A DNA stretch of 64,000 nucleotides from Aureliella sp. (GTDB lineage Bacteria > Planctomycetota > Planctomycetia > Pirellulales > Pirellulaceae), in the NCBI GenBank assembly GCA_963691875.1, contig OY829846.1:1312001-1376000 (forward strand), written 5' to 3'. The translations under genes were made by a program, and so were the position numbers. Below are positions 22,574 through 33,414 of this stretch, one piece after another. The notes beneath the pieces are model-generated. The model was given only the letters and a program-made list of their open reading frames with translations. It was not told the origin of the DNA and ran no database searches. Positions within the stretch are counted from its first letter, which is position 1. Every line of letters begins with the position of its first letter.

Positions 22574-22610
22574 GAATTAACTTGGCCGTGTACAATGCGA
22601 CACATAAGCT

Positions 22611-22696
22611 GGCTGAGTGGTGGAATTGGCAGACACGAGAGACTTAAAATCTCTTGGAAGGTTACTTCCGTGCGGGTTCGAGTCCCGCCTCAGCCA
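22611..22696 (+). tRNA. tRNA-Leu (anticodon TAA), CCA not encoded
   Basis: Acceptor stem GGCTGAG/CTCAGCC, anticodon arm AGAGA-CTTAAAA-TCTCT, long variable arm GGAAG-GTTA-CTTCC, T-arm GCGGG-TTCGAGT-CCCGC. Confidence 0.97.
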
Positions 22697-23919
22697 CTTT
22701 TCTATCTCTTGCCTTTACGACGTTGCTGAAGTCCTCAGTACTTCAGGCAGCAAAATAGAATCGCCGCCGCAGGGTTCGGACTCGCTTTAGCGCCGTGCTA
22801 GTGTTGCCGTGACTTAAACCATAGTCCTGCTTGGAGTTGCTAGTATCGAGCTACTCAATTGGGATGAAGAGCGTCGCCGAGATCTGCCCAAGACTCGCTT
22901 TCCAAATGCCGGGTAGACTTCGGTTGACGAGTGAAAAGGGAACGTGGTCATAGGCCTAGGTTTTACAAAACTTGTATCCGCTGCCTAAAAACCACTGATC
23001 AACAAACGGTTTCTCTACCAGCTCAGCCTCTTTGTAGCTACCACGTAACTCCCAAGGGAAAAGAGGCCACCGCACAACACTATGATGCTTACTAGTTAGT
23101 TCTACCGAAAGTTTGCCGGGATCGTCATCGCGGCATCGTATCGATATCGATCTGAAGATAGCTCAGCCCAATAGTCGTTGTAGATTCCAAAACACTCGAT
23201 GGTCGTGATAATCAATTTCCGCTCTCTGGCCCGACTAAGATGCGTTTTCCGCGGCTTTGTAATTTAGTTAGTGGTTTCAACATACCGCACCAATGCACCC
23301 CGTTGATCTGCACGTTCCGAGATCCATATTTCACGTCTGGTATCGACTCGAGCCTGAATAAATGAACTAAGTGCCTTAGCGATCTCACTATCGACCTATT
23401 CTTCGACGCGGCTCTCCCTCTATGCCATTGGCGACGTTGAACCTGATGTCGTTAGACATTACGAACCCGAAGCTTCACCCGAAAAGCTAACCGCAAATTT
23501 TGGGGTAACGTCTTAGAGCTTAAGCACAAAATTTGAGAGGTGGTCCTTGAACTATTGGGAAATATTCTGCAGACCAAAATCTAACACTAAAAGGAACCAG
23601 CATCGCCCAAGCAAACTCTCGAAGGCCAGAAACACCCCATTACACAGAGATGAATTGCCCCTCGTTCGGAAAATCGAATCGAATGAACTCATTCAGCAAG
23701 AAGTATTTGGTTGAATAGCTTTCCGCTCGATTCCTGTTTTAGGGGCAGAACGAAGAATGCTGTCCATGTGTGATTGGAGCAAACTAGATATGTGCGGGTT
23801 GGCCGTCGAGAACAGCAACTTTACTCGCGACGGCGGAGTAAGTGATTTGCTTCAACCACATGGCTACAGGTTGAAAAACGTTTTCGTTAAAGACTGGACT
23901 TGTATTTGAAAGGAGGATC

Positions 23920-25260
23920 TTAAGTAACCAGTTCACGGGTGAAGACTGGATTGATGATCTTGCCCGTGCTGTCCCCAAAGGAATTTGCAGGGACATCAAG
24001 GGCATGCAAGATGCTGAGATAGAGATCGGATAGATGACCATTCTCGCGGCGGAAGTAGCTTCCGTGCTTGAGGCCCATGTTTGCACCGCCCATTACCATG
24101 GTTGGCAAGTTTTGCGGTTTGTGTGTCGTGCTCGCACCACTTCCGTACAGAACAATACTGTTATCCAAAACGGAACCGTTCACGTCCTGAAATGCCTTTA
24201 ATTGCTTCAAGAATCGGCCGATCTGCTCAGCAAGAAACAGGTCGTATTTTGCAAAATCAAGTTGCCCTGCTGGATCACCTGCGTGGGAAAGCTGGTGGTG
24301 GGTTCGACACAAGCCTAGCTTGAGCGGAAAGGTATCACTGATGCCCATGCCGTCTTCGCGGTTCAGCATAAAAGCAACGCTGCGGGTGATGTCAGCATCA
24401 AAAGCAAGTGCAACCAGATCAAACATGGTCCGATAGTAGTCCACCGGTGCACTCTCATTGGTCACACTTAAATCGAGATGCCTGTAATCCTGAGACTTGA
24501 TCGGCACATCAATCCACTTTTCCGAAGCCTCGAGCCGAGACTCAATTTCGCTGAGCGAAGTCAAGTATTGATCGAGCTTGTCGCGATCACTCTTTCCCAG
24601 TTGTCGACTCAACGACTGAGCATTCTCCAGGACTGCATCAACGATTCGGATGCGTCGCTGCAAATCGGCTCGCTGTATTTCGAGTGAAGACTTATCGCTG
24701 CGGAACAAGCGATCAAAGACACGTCGCGGATTGTTCTCTGCGGGAATCGGCTTACCTTCCGCATTGAAAGAGATTGTACCGGTTCGCGACAAAAACCCGA
24801 CACCAGCGTCAATGGAAAGCACCAAAGATGGCTGTCGGCAAAACTGTTTGGTGTGTAGTGCGACGACTTGATCAATCGAAACAGAATTGTATGAACGACG
24901 ACTGGAATCGTGAAGCGGTGCTCCGGTCAACCACATGTCTGAGCAAACATGTGGATCCGCCTTCACACCCGACGGGTGATGCAGGCCACCGAGAAAAGTG
25001 AGTTGATCACGGAACGGCTCGAAAGGTTTTGTCGAATTGCCAAACTTAAAATCGCGGCCCGTCTCATGAGGAAACCAATTCCAATCTGAGAGCTTGTTCT
25101 TTTCCTTCGGAAGGCTCATCCCGTTTGCGGTGTATAGAGCGCAGAATCTCCTCGGGGCCTCGTTAGCTTCATCAGCCCTGCATCGCATGGCGTCCAGAAA
25201 AGGCAACGGGAGCATGATTCCGCCAAGACCGCGGAGTACAGACCTACGATTCAAATGCAT
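23920..25260 (-). CDS. DUF1552 domain protein
   Basis: [11 protein letters not shown]...[44 protein letters not shown]. Confidence 0.9.
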   Translation of the reverse strand: MHLNRRSVLRGLGGIMLPLPFLDAMRCRADEANEAPRRFCALYTANGMSLPKEKNKLSDWNWFPHETGRDFKFGNSTKPFEPFRDQLTFLGGLHHPSGVKADPHVCSDMWLTGAPLHDSSRRSYNSVSIDQVVALHTKQFCRQPSLVLSIDAGVGFLSRTGTISFNAEGKPIPAENNPRRVFDRLFRSDKSSLEIQRADLQRRIRIVDAVLENAQSLSRQLGKSDRDKLDQYLTSLSEIESRLEASEKWIDVPIKSQDYRHLDLSVTNESAPVDYYRTMFDLVALAFDADITRSVAFMLNREDGMGISDTFPLKLGLCRTHHQLSHAGDPAGQLDFAKYDLFLAEQIGRFLKQLKAFQDVNGSVLDNSIVLYGSGASTTHKPQNLPTMVMGGANMGLKHGSYFRRENGHLSDLYLSILHALDVPANSFGDSTGKIINPVFTRELVT

Positions 25261-25279
25261 ATTTTCTCTTCCGACGACT

Positions 25280-28200
25280 CTACTTGGTCAAAAACATATC
25301 ACTGCACACGACGAAATGCACTAACTCACGCATCTTACAGTCGCCCTTTGCCAGCTTTCGCGATTGTTCTTCTAGCCAAAGCGTTTCATTGTAGCTCAGG
25401 TCTCGTCCTAGAGCATAGATCGACAAGTGCTTCACGAAGCTGAACACGACTTGCCCTCGCCGCTCGCGTAGCAAAAATTGTTTCAATTCCTGCAAATCTC
25501 CCAACTTGGTACCATTCGGCAGCGTCGTCGACGCATCGACTGCGGCTAATTTGAGCAGCCCAGATGCATCGTAGGCCTCAAAGGCGACGCCCCAAGGATC
25601 GATTCCTTCATGGCATTTGACGCAACCTTCTTGATTGCGATGTCTTTCTAGGCGTTCTCTCAAGCTTAGATTCTCGCCAGAACTTTCCTCTAGGTCTGGT
25701 ACATTCGGCGGCGGATCATCTGGTGGCTCGGCGATCATCCGACGGGCAAACCAAGCGCCGCGTTTCACAGGATTGGATTCACGACCATCAGACAGTCCAG
25801 CCAGTAATCCTGCTTGAGTTAGTACGCCACCGAGCTCAGAGCTGACGGGTGTCGACACGAAAGCGAATCCACTTGTAATAGGCTTCTCGAGTTCGTAGTA
25901 GTCGGCTAGCGTCTCGTTGGTGAGGACAAAGTCGGATTGCACCAAGTTGTCAATCGATAAGTTCTCTGCAAACAAATAGCGCAGGAACTCGACCGGTTCT
26001 CGGAGCAGTTGCTTTTTGAGCTCTTTCGACAAGTGCGGATATTTCTTGCGATCGATCTCTACAACCTCCAATTTGTCGAGGCTCATCCATTCATACGCGA
26101 ACTGCTCGACGAAACGGCCGAAATTCCCATCCTCCATCAGGCGATCTATTTCGCGATGCAGTGTTTTGCGAAGACTTTTTTTACCAGCCAGCACAATCAA
26201 CTTTTCATCTGGTGGCCCGTTCCATAAAAACATGGATAGCTTCGATGCCAGCTCATACTCATCCAGAGGTTCAGCCTCGGGTGTTGAGCTTTGCTCGGTT
26301 ACAAGCAGGAACTGAGGCGAGGTCAAAATCACCAAGAAGGTATCGCGCAGAGCTTGCTGCAAATCTTTTGACCTCGCGAATCCAACTTGCCAATTCTCCA
26401 TCGCAAAACGCAGTTCCTCCGTTGTCGCGGGACGCCGATAGGCGCGTTTCAAGAATTCCTGGAGGACTCGCTTGGCGTACTCCTCTTCGCCTTCGCCCGG
26501 ACGCCGAACCGGCATGAGCCGACGATGGTTTCGTGGCGGCCAAGTCTCGTAATACGGCCCCTCAAATTCCACCGATTCAATTAAGAGTCTTGGAGAATCC
26601 GAAGTGCTGGTGTACTCGTTGCGCACCGAGATCTCGCGGACACCGGCCAAGTAGTTGACATTCGTTGTTTCTACAAAAGGCCGAGGATAGTCGTCGATGG
26701 CACCTTGAAAGACATATTCTTGGATCTCAGTACTGCTAACGGACTGACAGGCTCCGACGCGTTTCTGTGTGTGCCCACAATCACGCCGCAGTCCCATCAA
26801 GACGGATAATTGGGGATTTCGTGACTCAAAGGCATGAAAGCGAGCTTCGAGACTAGAATCTTTCTTCAACCGACTAAATCGGATTCCCTCTACCTCGGCT
26901 TTGGCATTCGTCGCTGCGATCGCAGTCTGTCCTGCGGTCAATCGAATCACGCAGAATGGCGAGTACGTATCACTGCTTGACGTCACACCGGGAGTAATAT
27001 TGCGACTGAAGGTTCTCTTATTGATCGTTAGCTTAAAAGACTCGGACTTCACCTTTTTCGCGGGCACTCTACTAAGCGTACGCAGGGACACTAGGTAAAT
27101 TCCGGAGCTAGGCAAATCGACTGCTGCCGATAAGTTATCAAACTTGGCTTCAATCGGATTTGATTCGAGCTCAGAAGCCTCAATCTTTTGCCGTTCAGCC
27201 AGCAGCAAAGCATCGTTGTACTTCGCTGCCCGAACACGCACTTGAAAAACGCCTTGTTCAGGCAACTCACGCAGAGCAATCTTGAAATTCGCTCGTGGGC
27301 CGTAAGTGCTCGATTCTTGAAAGATCTCCGTGCTAGGAATTGCTGGCCGCAGCAAAAGGCCTGCGGAAATCGTTTCGTAGGCTTTACCAAGCGGGTAACC
27401 ACCTGAACCACGCATACAACCAAAAACAGCGTGATAGATGCTGCTGAAATCTCGCCAGCCTCGCACCGTCGAGTTCCCTTGATAGCCTTCGATGAACCGA
27501 AATGACTTCTGCATCTCGAATGGCAGAAAGTAGAATGGCTTGTCGGCGACCAATTCTTCTACAAGGACGTCTGAATTAGCCAACAAATGGCTATTGGCTC
27601 CCAAGATCAACTTGTTAGGGTAGGGCTCCGGATTACAGTTCTTGCCCAAGGTCATACGAAAGTTCTGAATCGTTGGTGGAGCCCCTTCATCGACCATAGT
27701 CGCATCTATCACTCGTTCGGCGATCCTCAAGTAGTTCTCCATCTGCAGCGGTGACAGACTCAGGATCGCCGCGTTGTTCGTGAATCCGTCTTTGGAGACG
27801 CCATCGGGCGGCAAGGCTTCGGTGAAGTCTTCTTCTGTGCCAAAAATCTCCTGAAGACAATGGCGGTACTGAGGAACGGTCAGGCGTCGAACAATGCCAT
27901 TCTTTTCGGTCTCTCGTGCACGGGCCAAGTCGATCGCCTTCCTAGCTGTATCCAAGAAGGCTTCGCGGCTCTCGTCCTCGGGCTGTTCATCTTCTTCTGG
28001 TGGCATCTGCTTCGTTGCCACTTGCTTCAGGAGGTCACGCCAAAGAAAGAGTTGCCGATCTGAGAAGCCTTGATCCAAGAGCTCCAAGTTGATTCCCGAC
28101 TCCATGTCATCTGCATTGTGACAGGCGTAGCAGTGCACGGACAGGAAGGGCCGAAGCTGCTCGGCGAAGATCTTTGCCAGTTCACTCTCCTTTTCATCCG

Positions 28201-28282
28201 CCGCAAGAGTGGAACAGATGCAGATTGCCGTCCAAAACAGAGCCATAACCTGCAAGCAGCTTCTAAAAAAATTTTTCAACAT
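25280..28282 (-). CDS. DUF1592/DUF1588/DUF1587/DUF1595/DUF1585 (PSCyt) domain protein with CxxCH motifs
   Basis: [47 protein letters not shown]....CVKCH..IDP.G. The start (28282 vs 28315) is uncertain. Confidence 0.9.
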   Translation of the reverse strand: MLKNFFRSCLQVMALFWTAICICSTLAADEKESELAKIFAEQLRPFLSVHCYACHNADDMESGINLELLDQGFSDRQLFLWRDLLKQVATKQMPPEEDEQPEDESREAFLDTARKAIDLARARETEKNGIVRRLTVPQYRHCLQEIFGTEEDFTEALPPDGVSKDGFTNNAAILSLSPLQMENYLRIAERVIDATMVDEGAPPTIQNFRMTLGKNCNPEPYPNKLILGANSHLLANSDVLVEELVADKPFYFLPFEMQKSFRFIEGYQGNSTVRGWRDFSSIYHAVFGCMRGSGGYPLGKAYETISAGLLLRPAIPSTEIFQESSTYGPRANFKIALRELPEQGVFQVRVRAAKYNDALLLAERQKIEASELESNPIEAKFDNLSAAVDLPSSGIYLVSLRTLSRVPAKKVKSESFKLTINKRTFSRNITPGVTSSSDTYSPFCVIRLTAGQTAIAATNAKAEVEGIRFSRLKKDSSLEARFHAFESRNPQLSVLMGLRRDCGHTQKRVGACQSVSSTEIQEYVFQGAIDDYPRPFVETTNVNYLAGVREISVRNEYTSTSDSPRLLIESVEFEGPYYETWPPRNHRRLMPVRRPGEGEEEYAKRVLQEFLKRAYRRPATTEELRFAMENWQVGFARSKDLQQALRDTFLVILTSPQFLLVTEQSSTPEAEPLDEYELASKLSMFLWNGPPDEKLIVLAGKKSLRKTLHREIDRLMEDGNFGRFVEQFAYEWMSLDKLEVVEIDRKKYPHLSKELKKQLLREPVEFLRYLFAENLSIDNLVQSDFVLTNETLADYYELEKPITSGFAFVSTPVSSELGGVLTQAGLLAGLSDGRESNPVKRGAWFARRMIAEPPDDPPPNVPDLEESSGENLSLRERLERHRNQEGCVKCHEGIDPWGVAFEAYDASGLLKLAAVDASTTLPNGTKLGDLQELKQFLLRERRGQVVFSFVKHLSIYALGRDLSYNETLWLEEQSRKLAKGDCKMRELVHFVVCSDMFLTK

Positions 28283-28690
28283 GCTGTCCGGTCGCCGTTG
28301 GGAAAGGCAATCCATTAGTTGTGCCGAGGTGGGAGCTTGGGCACGGACGTGGGAAATTTTTAGCAGCGTTTGGATAAATATCCCAAAACTCGCTAGACCA
28401 AGTGTAACACAGCTGAATGGGAATCACCCTTCAATGCATAGGCTACTTGAGAAAGCGTAGAAGATTACAGGCCGACTTCACGGTTGTCTTGTAGGAGACT
28501 GGATCCTTCTGCAAGGCCAAGCCAGACCGAGTTCTCGGTACTTGCCGGTCGAGTGCTGGTCTGCGGCCACCATCCGTCCGAATGGGTGCAAGTTGCAGGA
28601 GAATTTGAGTGCGTCAGAAATTAGGCTCCTTTTTCGCGCTGTTATGTTTCTCCTAAATCTTGCCGAGCAGCTTGTGCCTGTACTATGGAC

Positions 28691-28750
28691 AAAGGGGTTG
28701 CCGTGAGTTGAATGAACCGCAATAAGTTCAGCTTCGGCAGCCCCTTTTTT
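28691..28750 (+). terminator. Long GC-rich hairpin with U-tract (terminator-like or small RNA)
   Basis: AAAGGGGTTGCCG...CGGCAGCCCCTTTTTT with inner stem GAGTTGAA/TTCAGCTT. Confidence 0.5.
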
Positions 28751-28817
28751 CTTCCTCCTCCATCGCAGTCTTGAGTTCTGACCTGAACCGCCTTCATAAG
28801 AATGTCTTCTGAGTCAC

Positions 28818-29362
28818 ATGGAACACCCAAAACCATTGCTGATTCTAGACTTGGCTGAGTAACTCGTCTTTGCGTCCGAGCTCGCATTGCGCGACGAGTG
28901 CGACTTTAAGGTCGACGAATTCTTCTTTTACAAGCGAACGCATCTTCATCCCTTTCTCTCGCTGGTGGCGACGCATTTCGAACTGCTAGTATGATCTTCC
29001 GCAGGTCGAAACAATGTACAAGCAATCACATACGACATGGGCAATGGGGAATTCGAGTGGAAGGTTTGGAGACGCTCCCGCTGTATTCAGCGTTTCCATT
29101 ACAAGCTGATGGAGCATTACTTCATCAAGGATATGAGAAAGGCCGAGCGACTTGGTAAAGATCTGGAGCAAATGCTTATTGTGGACGACATACCGCTCAA
29201 AGTATCGCGCAACTACGGTAACGCGGTTTGTGTTCGAAGTGGGGAGGCGAAAAGGACGATCTGGAGCTGGTGTTTACGGGGGCATGTCTTTGCCAATCTG
29301 CACCTTTGCAAAATTGACGAAAAATCGAGAAACGCGGATGGCGCAACAAGATGACCAGCTGA
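28818..29362 (+). pseudogene. NIF/FCP1-SCP family HAD phosphatase, disrupted
   Basis: Reads LLILDLAE*LVFA...YKRTHL..FL....HFELLV*SSA...KDMRK..RLG..LEQMLIVDD.P.KVSRNYGNA, then a frameshift near 29240 to GEKDDLEL...N*RKIEKRGWR. Stops are at 28860 and 28992. Confidence 0.85.
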
Positions 29363-29402
29363 CGAATATGAGCCGGGAGGCAATACCTGCGGGCCGGCCT
29401 AT

Positions 29403-30176
29403 TTAATTCGAGAAGGTTGTCGCAGCATTTTTAGAGGTTGCTTTAGATTTCGCGTTGCCTCCGTTTCCAGTCGTTCCCTTTGCTTTGTTCTCAGACTTGG
29501 CTCGGTGCTCTGTCGAGACTCTTTGATTTTGCGTCCGACCCTTTCGCTGGTCAATCATCGCTTGGCGTTGCAGGGCCATCTTTGCATACTCCAGTTGCTT
29601 CAGAACTCGAATGGCAGGGATCTGACCGGCGACAAGATTTCCATCGAGCCGACCTGCGATATCCTGGCCTTTCACGTTGTGGACGCGAAGCACTGGATAA
29701 CTACCGTATTTCTCTTTGAAGCGTTTGGTAGTTTCGATGTCTTTCAAGGTGTCGACAAATACAGGCACAAACTCTTGAGAAGCTTTGATCACGAAGGCGT
29801 TAGCAAGCGGACCGCTTGCAAATTGTCGGCAGCCTGCTCACCCCGGGTTCTCACCGAAATGCAGCCACATCGGCTTGTTCTCTTCCTGAGCAATCTTCAG
29901 CGCGGCGTTATAGTCGACATACCACTCCACTCCGCCGATCATCACCTTCTGGGGTGCTTTCTCGTCCTTCTTACGCTCCTTTTTGGAACCTTCCGCCCCT
30001 TTTGTGACCTTGACTTGAGATGCAGGGGACTGAGTGCTGCGTGAGCCCTGTTGTCGGGACTGGGCCACGGACCAATCAGCACACAAGTAGGTTACGGAGA
30101 CAGCGAAAAGCGAACACCAAGTTGTTTGATGGGAGAAACTAACACGAAAAAGAAAATTCAATTGAGGAATCTGCAT
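29403..30176 (-). CDS. Candidate thioredoxin-fold selenoprotein (UxxC; TGA at 29840-29838 read as Sec), 257 aa
   Basis: The two ORF-track ORFs are in frame and separated by TGA plus 15 sense codons. The joined sequence is EWYVDYNAALKIAQEENKPMWLHFGENPG-U-AGCRQFASGPLANAFVIKASQEFVPVFVD...SYPVLRV..VKG. A SECIS-like hairpin follows the TGA. Confidence 0.8.
29795..29840 (-). promoter_or_regulatory. Putative bacterial SECIS element
   Basis: mRNA UGA-GCAGGCUGCCGACAAUUU-GCAAGCG-GUC-CGCUUGC-UAAC: perfect 7-bp apical stem with a G-first loop about 25 nt after UGA. Confidence 0.7.
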
Positions 30177-30415
30177 GCTTGGCTTTTATTCTGATCTTAG
30201 AACACTGAAGCATACTTCACAAACGCTCGAGAGGCAGCATCAACTGCACTGCAGGGCAGCGCTATCAGGCAACTCGGTCGCCATCTACTCGAGAAATGCA
30301 AAGCGTTTCGCATATAAAACGCTGGCAGTCCTTAACGCAGACTGTAACTCGTGTTGTGAGCAAATGCTGCCCCTCACCGGTTTAGTGCAGCTAGGCCGCT
30401 TTGGAGATTATTCCG

Positions 30416-33232
30416 CTACTTCCCAACCACAGTGACCGGTGCAATCTTCTCTAATCCTTCCTTCAGTTTTGCAGCTGGACCAACCACGACAATCACCAAG
30501 CTATCTGGATCAACATGTGTTTGGGCAACTTGCAGGCACTTCTCAGCGGTGGTCGATCCTACGGCTGAAAGCAATTGCTGCGTGAAGTCATCTGGCAAGC
30601 CAAGCACGCGGTAAGACCAGAGCTCGCTGGCGACTTGCTGCGACGTTTCGCGGCTCGCTGGGAACGAGCCGGTGAAGTACGAAACTGTGTTGCCCAGCTC
30701 TTTTTTGGATGGTGGCTCGGCTCGCAACCGAATCACTTCCTCCACGATCGCCGCAACTGCTTCGACGGTTGTTGCATTTTTGCTGAAAGTGCTGACAGTG
30801 AAACGTCCAGCTTGCTTCGCGGCGGCGAACCCACCACGAGCGCCATAAGTTAGACCTTTCTCAACGCGAATCGTTTCGTTCAATCGCGAACTAAACGCTC
30901 CACCGAAGTAACCACTGACAACGCGACTTGCAAAGTAGTCGGAACAATCGTGCTTGATAGACAAATGCCCCGCACGAATTTCGCTCTGAACTCCGTTGTT
31001 GTTAACCAAGAAAATGCGAGTCGGTTTCTTAGCCGGAAAGGGTGGTAGGTCTCGCTGCGGCAATTCACCTTCGGCTTGCCACTCGATGAGATATTTCTTG
31101 GCAAGACTACCGGCTGTTGCCAAGTCGATGTCGCCAGCAAACACCAGTGTTGCGTTGTCCGGACGAGCGTTTGTCTTCCACCATTTGCGGGCATCCTCCA
31201 CCGTCAGCTTCGCAATGTCTTCCACCTCACCTGAGACATTTCGCGAATAGGGGTGATTGCCGTAGAGTTTGCGACGGAATTCCAAATCGGCAATGTAGGA
31301 AGGCTCTTTGGAGCTAATCGCTAGTCCCGTGGTGGTCTGCTTCTTGAGTTTCTTGAACTCCTCCTCCGGCATCGTACTGTTCAGCACGACGTCGCCAAGT
31401 AGGCGAATACCGCGATCTAATTGTTCAGGCAAACAGCCGAGGCTGACACTTGAGGAATCCATACTTGCCGATCCACCGAGAGAAATCGCATAGCTTTCGA
31501 GCTCTTCCGTCAGCGACTTCTCATCTTGATTTGATGTTCCTTTCGTCAGCATGGAAAGCGCTATCGCTGCGGAGCCGGGCTTCTCTTCGTTCCACGCTCC
31601 GGCCATCATTCCTAGCTGAACGTTGACGTAAGGTATCTCGTGGTTTTCTACGACGAGAATGGTCAGGCCATTGTCGAGCTTGAGAGTCTTGTACTCGCTC
31701 TCCGCTTCAAACTTGAGCGGCCCAGCGATCGGCGAAGTCGCCAGTCGATTGTCAGGACGTTTCACTCCGGGTCTTCCCGGCGGTGGAGCTTGGGTCTCTT
31801 TTTCTCCAGTGATCGGAGCATCCTCAACATCATTCTTCATGCCCAGCATGCTGCCAAGAGTGCCAAAGAGGTTCGCTTTTACTTGGCCAGTGATGGCATG
31901 GTCCAAGTTCATGTACTGAGTTGCGACACGTTGAATGTCATCTTTGGTCACAGAACGAATTCGTTCGAGACGAGTGTTGACCCTGGCGACGTCGCCTTCC
32001 AGTACGGCGGCGGCCCCGAGCGCTTCAGCTTTCGAATCGACCGTGAGGCTTTCGGTAACCAAACCCGCGAGCATCTGATTTTTGGCTTTCTCGAGTTCCT
32101 GGTCAGTCACCCCTTCGGTCTGCATGGTTTGAATTTCTTCCTTCATGCCAGAAAGTGCCTTCTTGGGATTGCCGCCGAGGGGCATCATGATCGAAGCAGC
32201 TCCAATAATGCCGTCCTGCTCAAGGCCCATTGCTCCACACATGGCCATCACTGCGGATTGATCCTCAGCGACGACTCGTCGGTAGATCCGACTGCTCTCG
32301 CCGCCACCTAGAATCGTAGTCATCAAGTTGATAGCCGTAGCATCAGGGTGATTCATCGGTACCCCGCGAAAAATCAATGCCAAGCCGGGAGCAGGCGCGT
32401 TTTGCTCAGTGATCGTGATCTCCTGCTTTTCAAACGGCTCCATTTTAGGATCAGCCACACGCGGAGGCTCCGGGGCGCGTGGAATCCAACCAAAGTTACG
32501 CTCAGCAAGCTGTTGCACCTCTGCATGTGTGACTGCCCCCACGACGACGAGTGTCGCATTATTCGGCACGTAGTAAGTGTTCCAAAACTTACGCAGTTCT
32601 GGCACTGCTGCGGCTCGCAGGTGTGGAATCGAGCCGATAGTCGACCAGCGATATGGATGATCGGGGAACAAATACGGCAGAGCTTTCTCCATAAGCTTGC
32701 CATACGGCCGATTGATGCCCATCCGACGTTCTTCTTCCACGACTTTGCGTTCGGTGTCGAACGCTTCCTGATCAATCTTGAGCATCGACATCCGTTCGGC
32801 TTCTAGCCACAGAGCGAGGTTCAACTGATTGGCGGGCAGAGATTGGTGATACACCGTCTGATCGAAAGTCGTGTAGGCGTTGCAGCTGCCGCCAGTGCGT
32901 CGGATGAAGTCGAAGTGGTCGGTGCTTCCCAGCCGATCCGTTCCTCGAAACATCATGTGCTCAAACATGTGAGCAAATCCTTGCCGCTCCGGATTCTCGT
33001 CTTTTGATCCAACGTGATACCAGAGGTGAACCGATACGATCGGGCACGAGAAATCTTCAAGCGATATCACTCGCAGCCCATTGCTGAGCACATTTTCACG
33101 ATAGTCAAACTCGCCGGCTTCCTGCCCTATGAGTGGCACGCTGGATGCCACCAAGATAATCACGCAAAGAAAACGACTCAGTGCACGAAGGGAAGAATCC
33201 ACGGCCCACTCCACAAGAAACGAGAACTGCAA
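30416..33232 (-). CDS. M16 family (pitrilysin/insulinase) zinc peptidase, two-module single chain, exported
   Basis: GFAHMFEHMMF (HxxEH), NAYT, ERKVVEEERR, YYVPNNA, SRLNETIRVEKGLTYG. The start may be the GTG at 33202. Confidence 0.93.
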   Translation of the reverse strand: MQFSFLVEWAVDSSLRALSRFLCVIILVASSVPLIGQEAGEFDYRENVLSNGLRVISLEDFSCPIVSVHLWYHVGSKDENPERQGFAHMFEHMMFRGTDRLGSTDHFDFIRRTGGSCNAYTTFDQTVYHQSLPANQLNLALWLEAERMSMLKIDQEAFDTERKVVEEERRMGINRPYGKLMEKALPYLFPDHPYRWSTIGSIPHLRAAAVPELRKFWNTYYVPNNATLVVVGAVTHAEVQQLAERNFGWIPRAPEPPRVADPKMEPFEKQEITITEQNAPAPGLALIFRGVPMNHPDATAINLMTTILGGGESSRIYRRVVAEDQSAVMAMCGAMGLEQDGIIGAASIMMPLGGNPKKALSGMKEEIQTMQTEGVTDQELEKAKNQMLAGLVTESLTVDSKAEALGAAAVLEGDVARVNTRLERIRSVTKDDIQRVATQYMNLDHAITGQVKANLFGTLGSMLGMKNDVEDAPITGEKETQAPPPGRPGVKRPDNRLATSPIAGPLKFEAESEYKTLKLDNGLTILVVENHEIPYVNVQLGMMAGAWNEEKPGSAAIALSMLTKGTSNQDEKSLTEELESYAISLGGSASMDSSSVSLGCLPEQLDRGIRLLGDVVLNSTMPEEEFKKLKKQTTTGLAISSKEPSYIADLEFRRKLYGNHPYSRNVSGEVEDIAKLTVEDARKWWKTNARPDNATLVFAGDIDLATAGSLAKKYLIEWQAEGELPQRDLPPFPAKKPTRIFLVNNNGVQSEIRAGHLSIKHDCSDYFASRVVSGYFGGAFSSRLNETIRVEKGLTYGARGGFAAAKQAGRFTVSTFSKNATTVEAVAAIVEEVIRLRAEPPSKKELGNTVSYFTGSFPASRETSQQVASELWSYRVLGLPDDFTQQLLSAVGSTTAEKCLQVAQTHVDPDSLVIVVVGPAAKLKEGLEKIAPVTVVGK

Positions 33233-33414
33233 AAGGTCACCGCTCTATGTGCGATGGCCAAACACTTTCTCGCATCGTATCACGTTGAATTCGTTATTAC
33301 GAGCAGCGGTTCTTTGCTCAGAACGTATCGGACTATGCTGCACGTACTCTTGGGCATTCCTAAGAGCGATGGGAGTGAATGGAATTCTGGCGAATCCCAC
33401 TACAGGGGGAGATA

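Noticed and set aside
28992..28994. TGA in the NIF gene (and TGA 19274-19272 in the ECF relic) as selenocysteine
   Set aside because: They fall at expected Trp and Arg positions rather than Cys, no SECIS-like hairpin was seen, and both genes carry other lesions.
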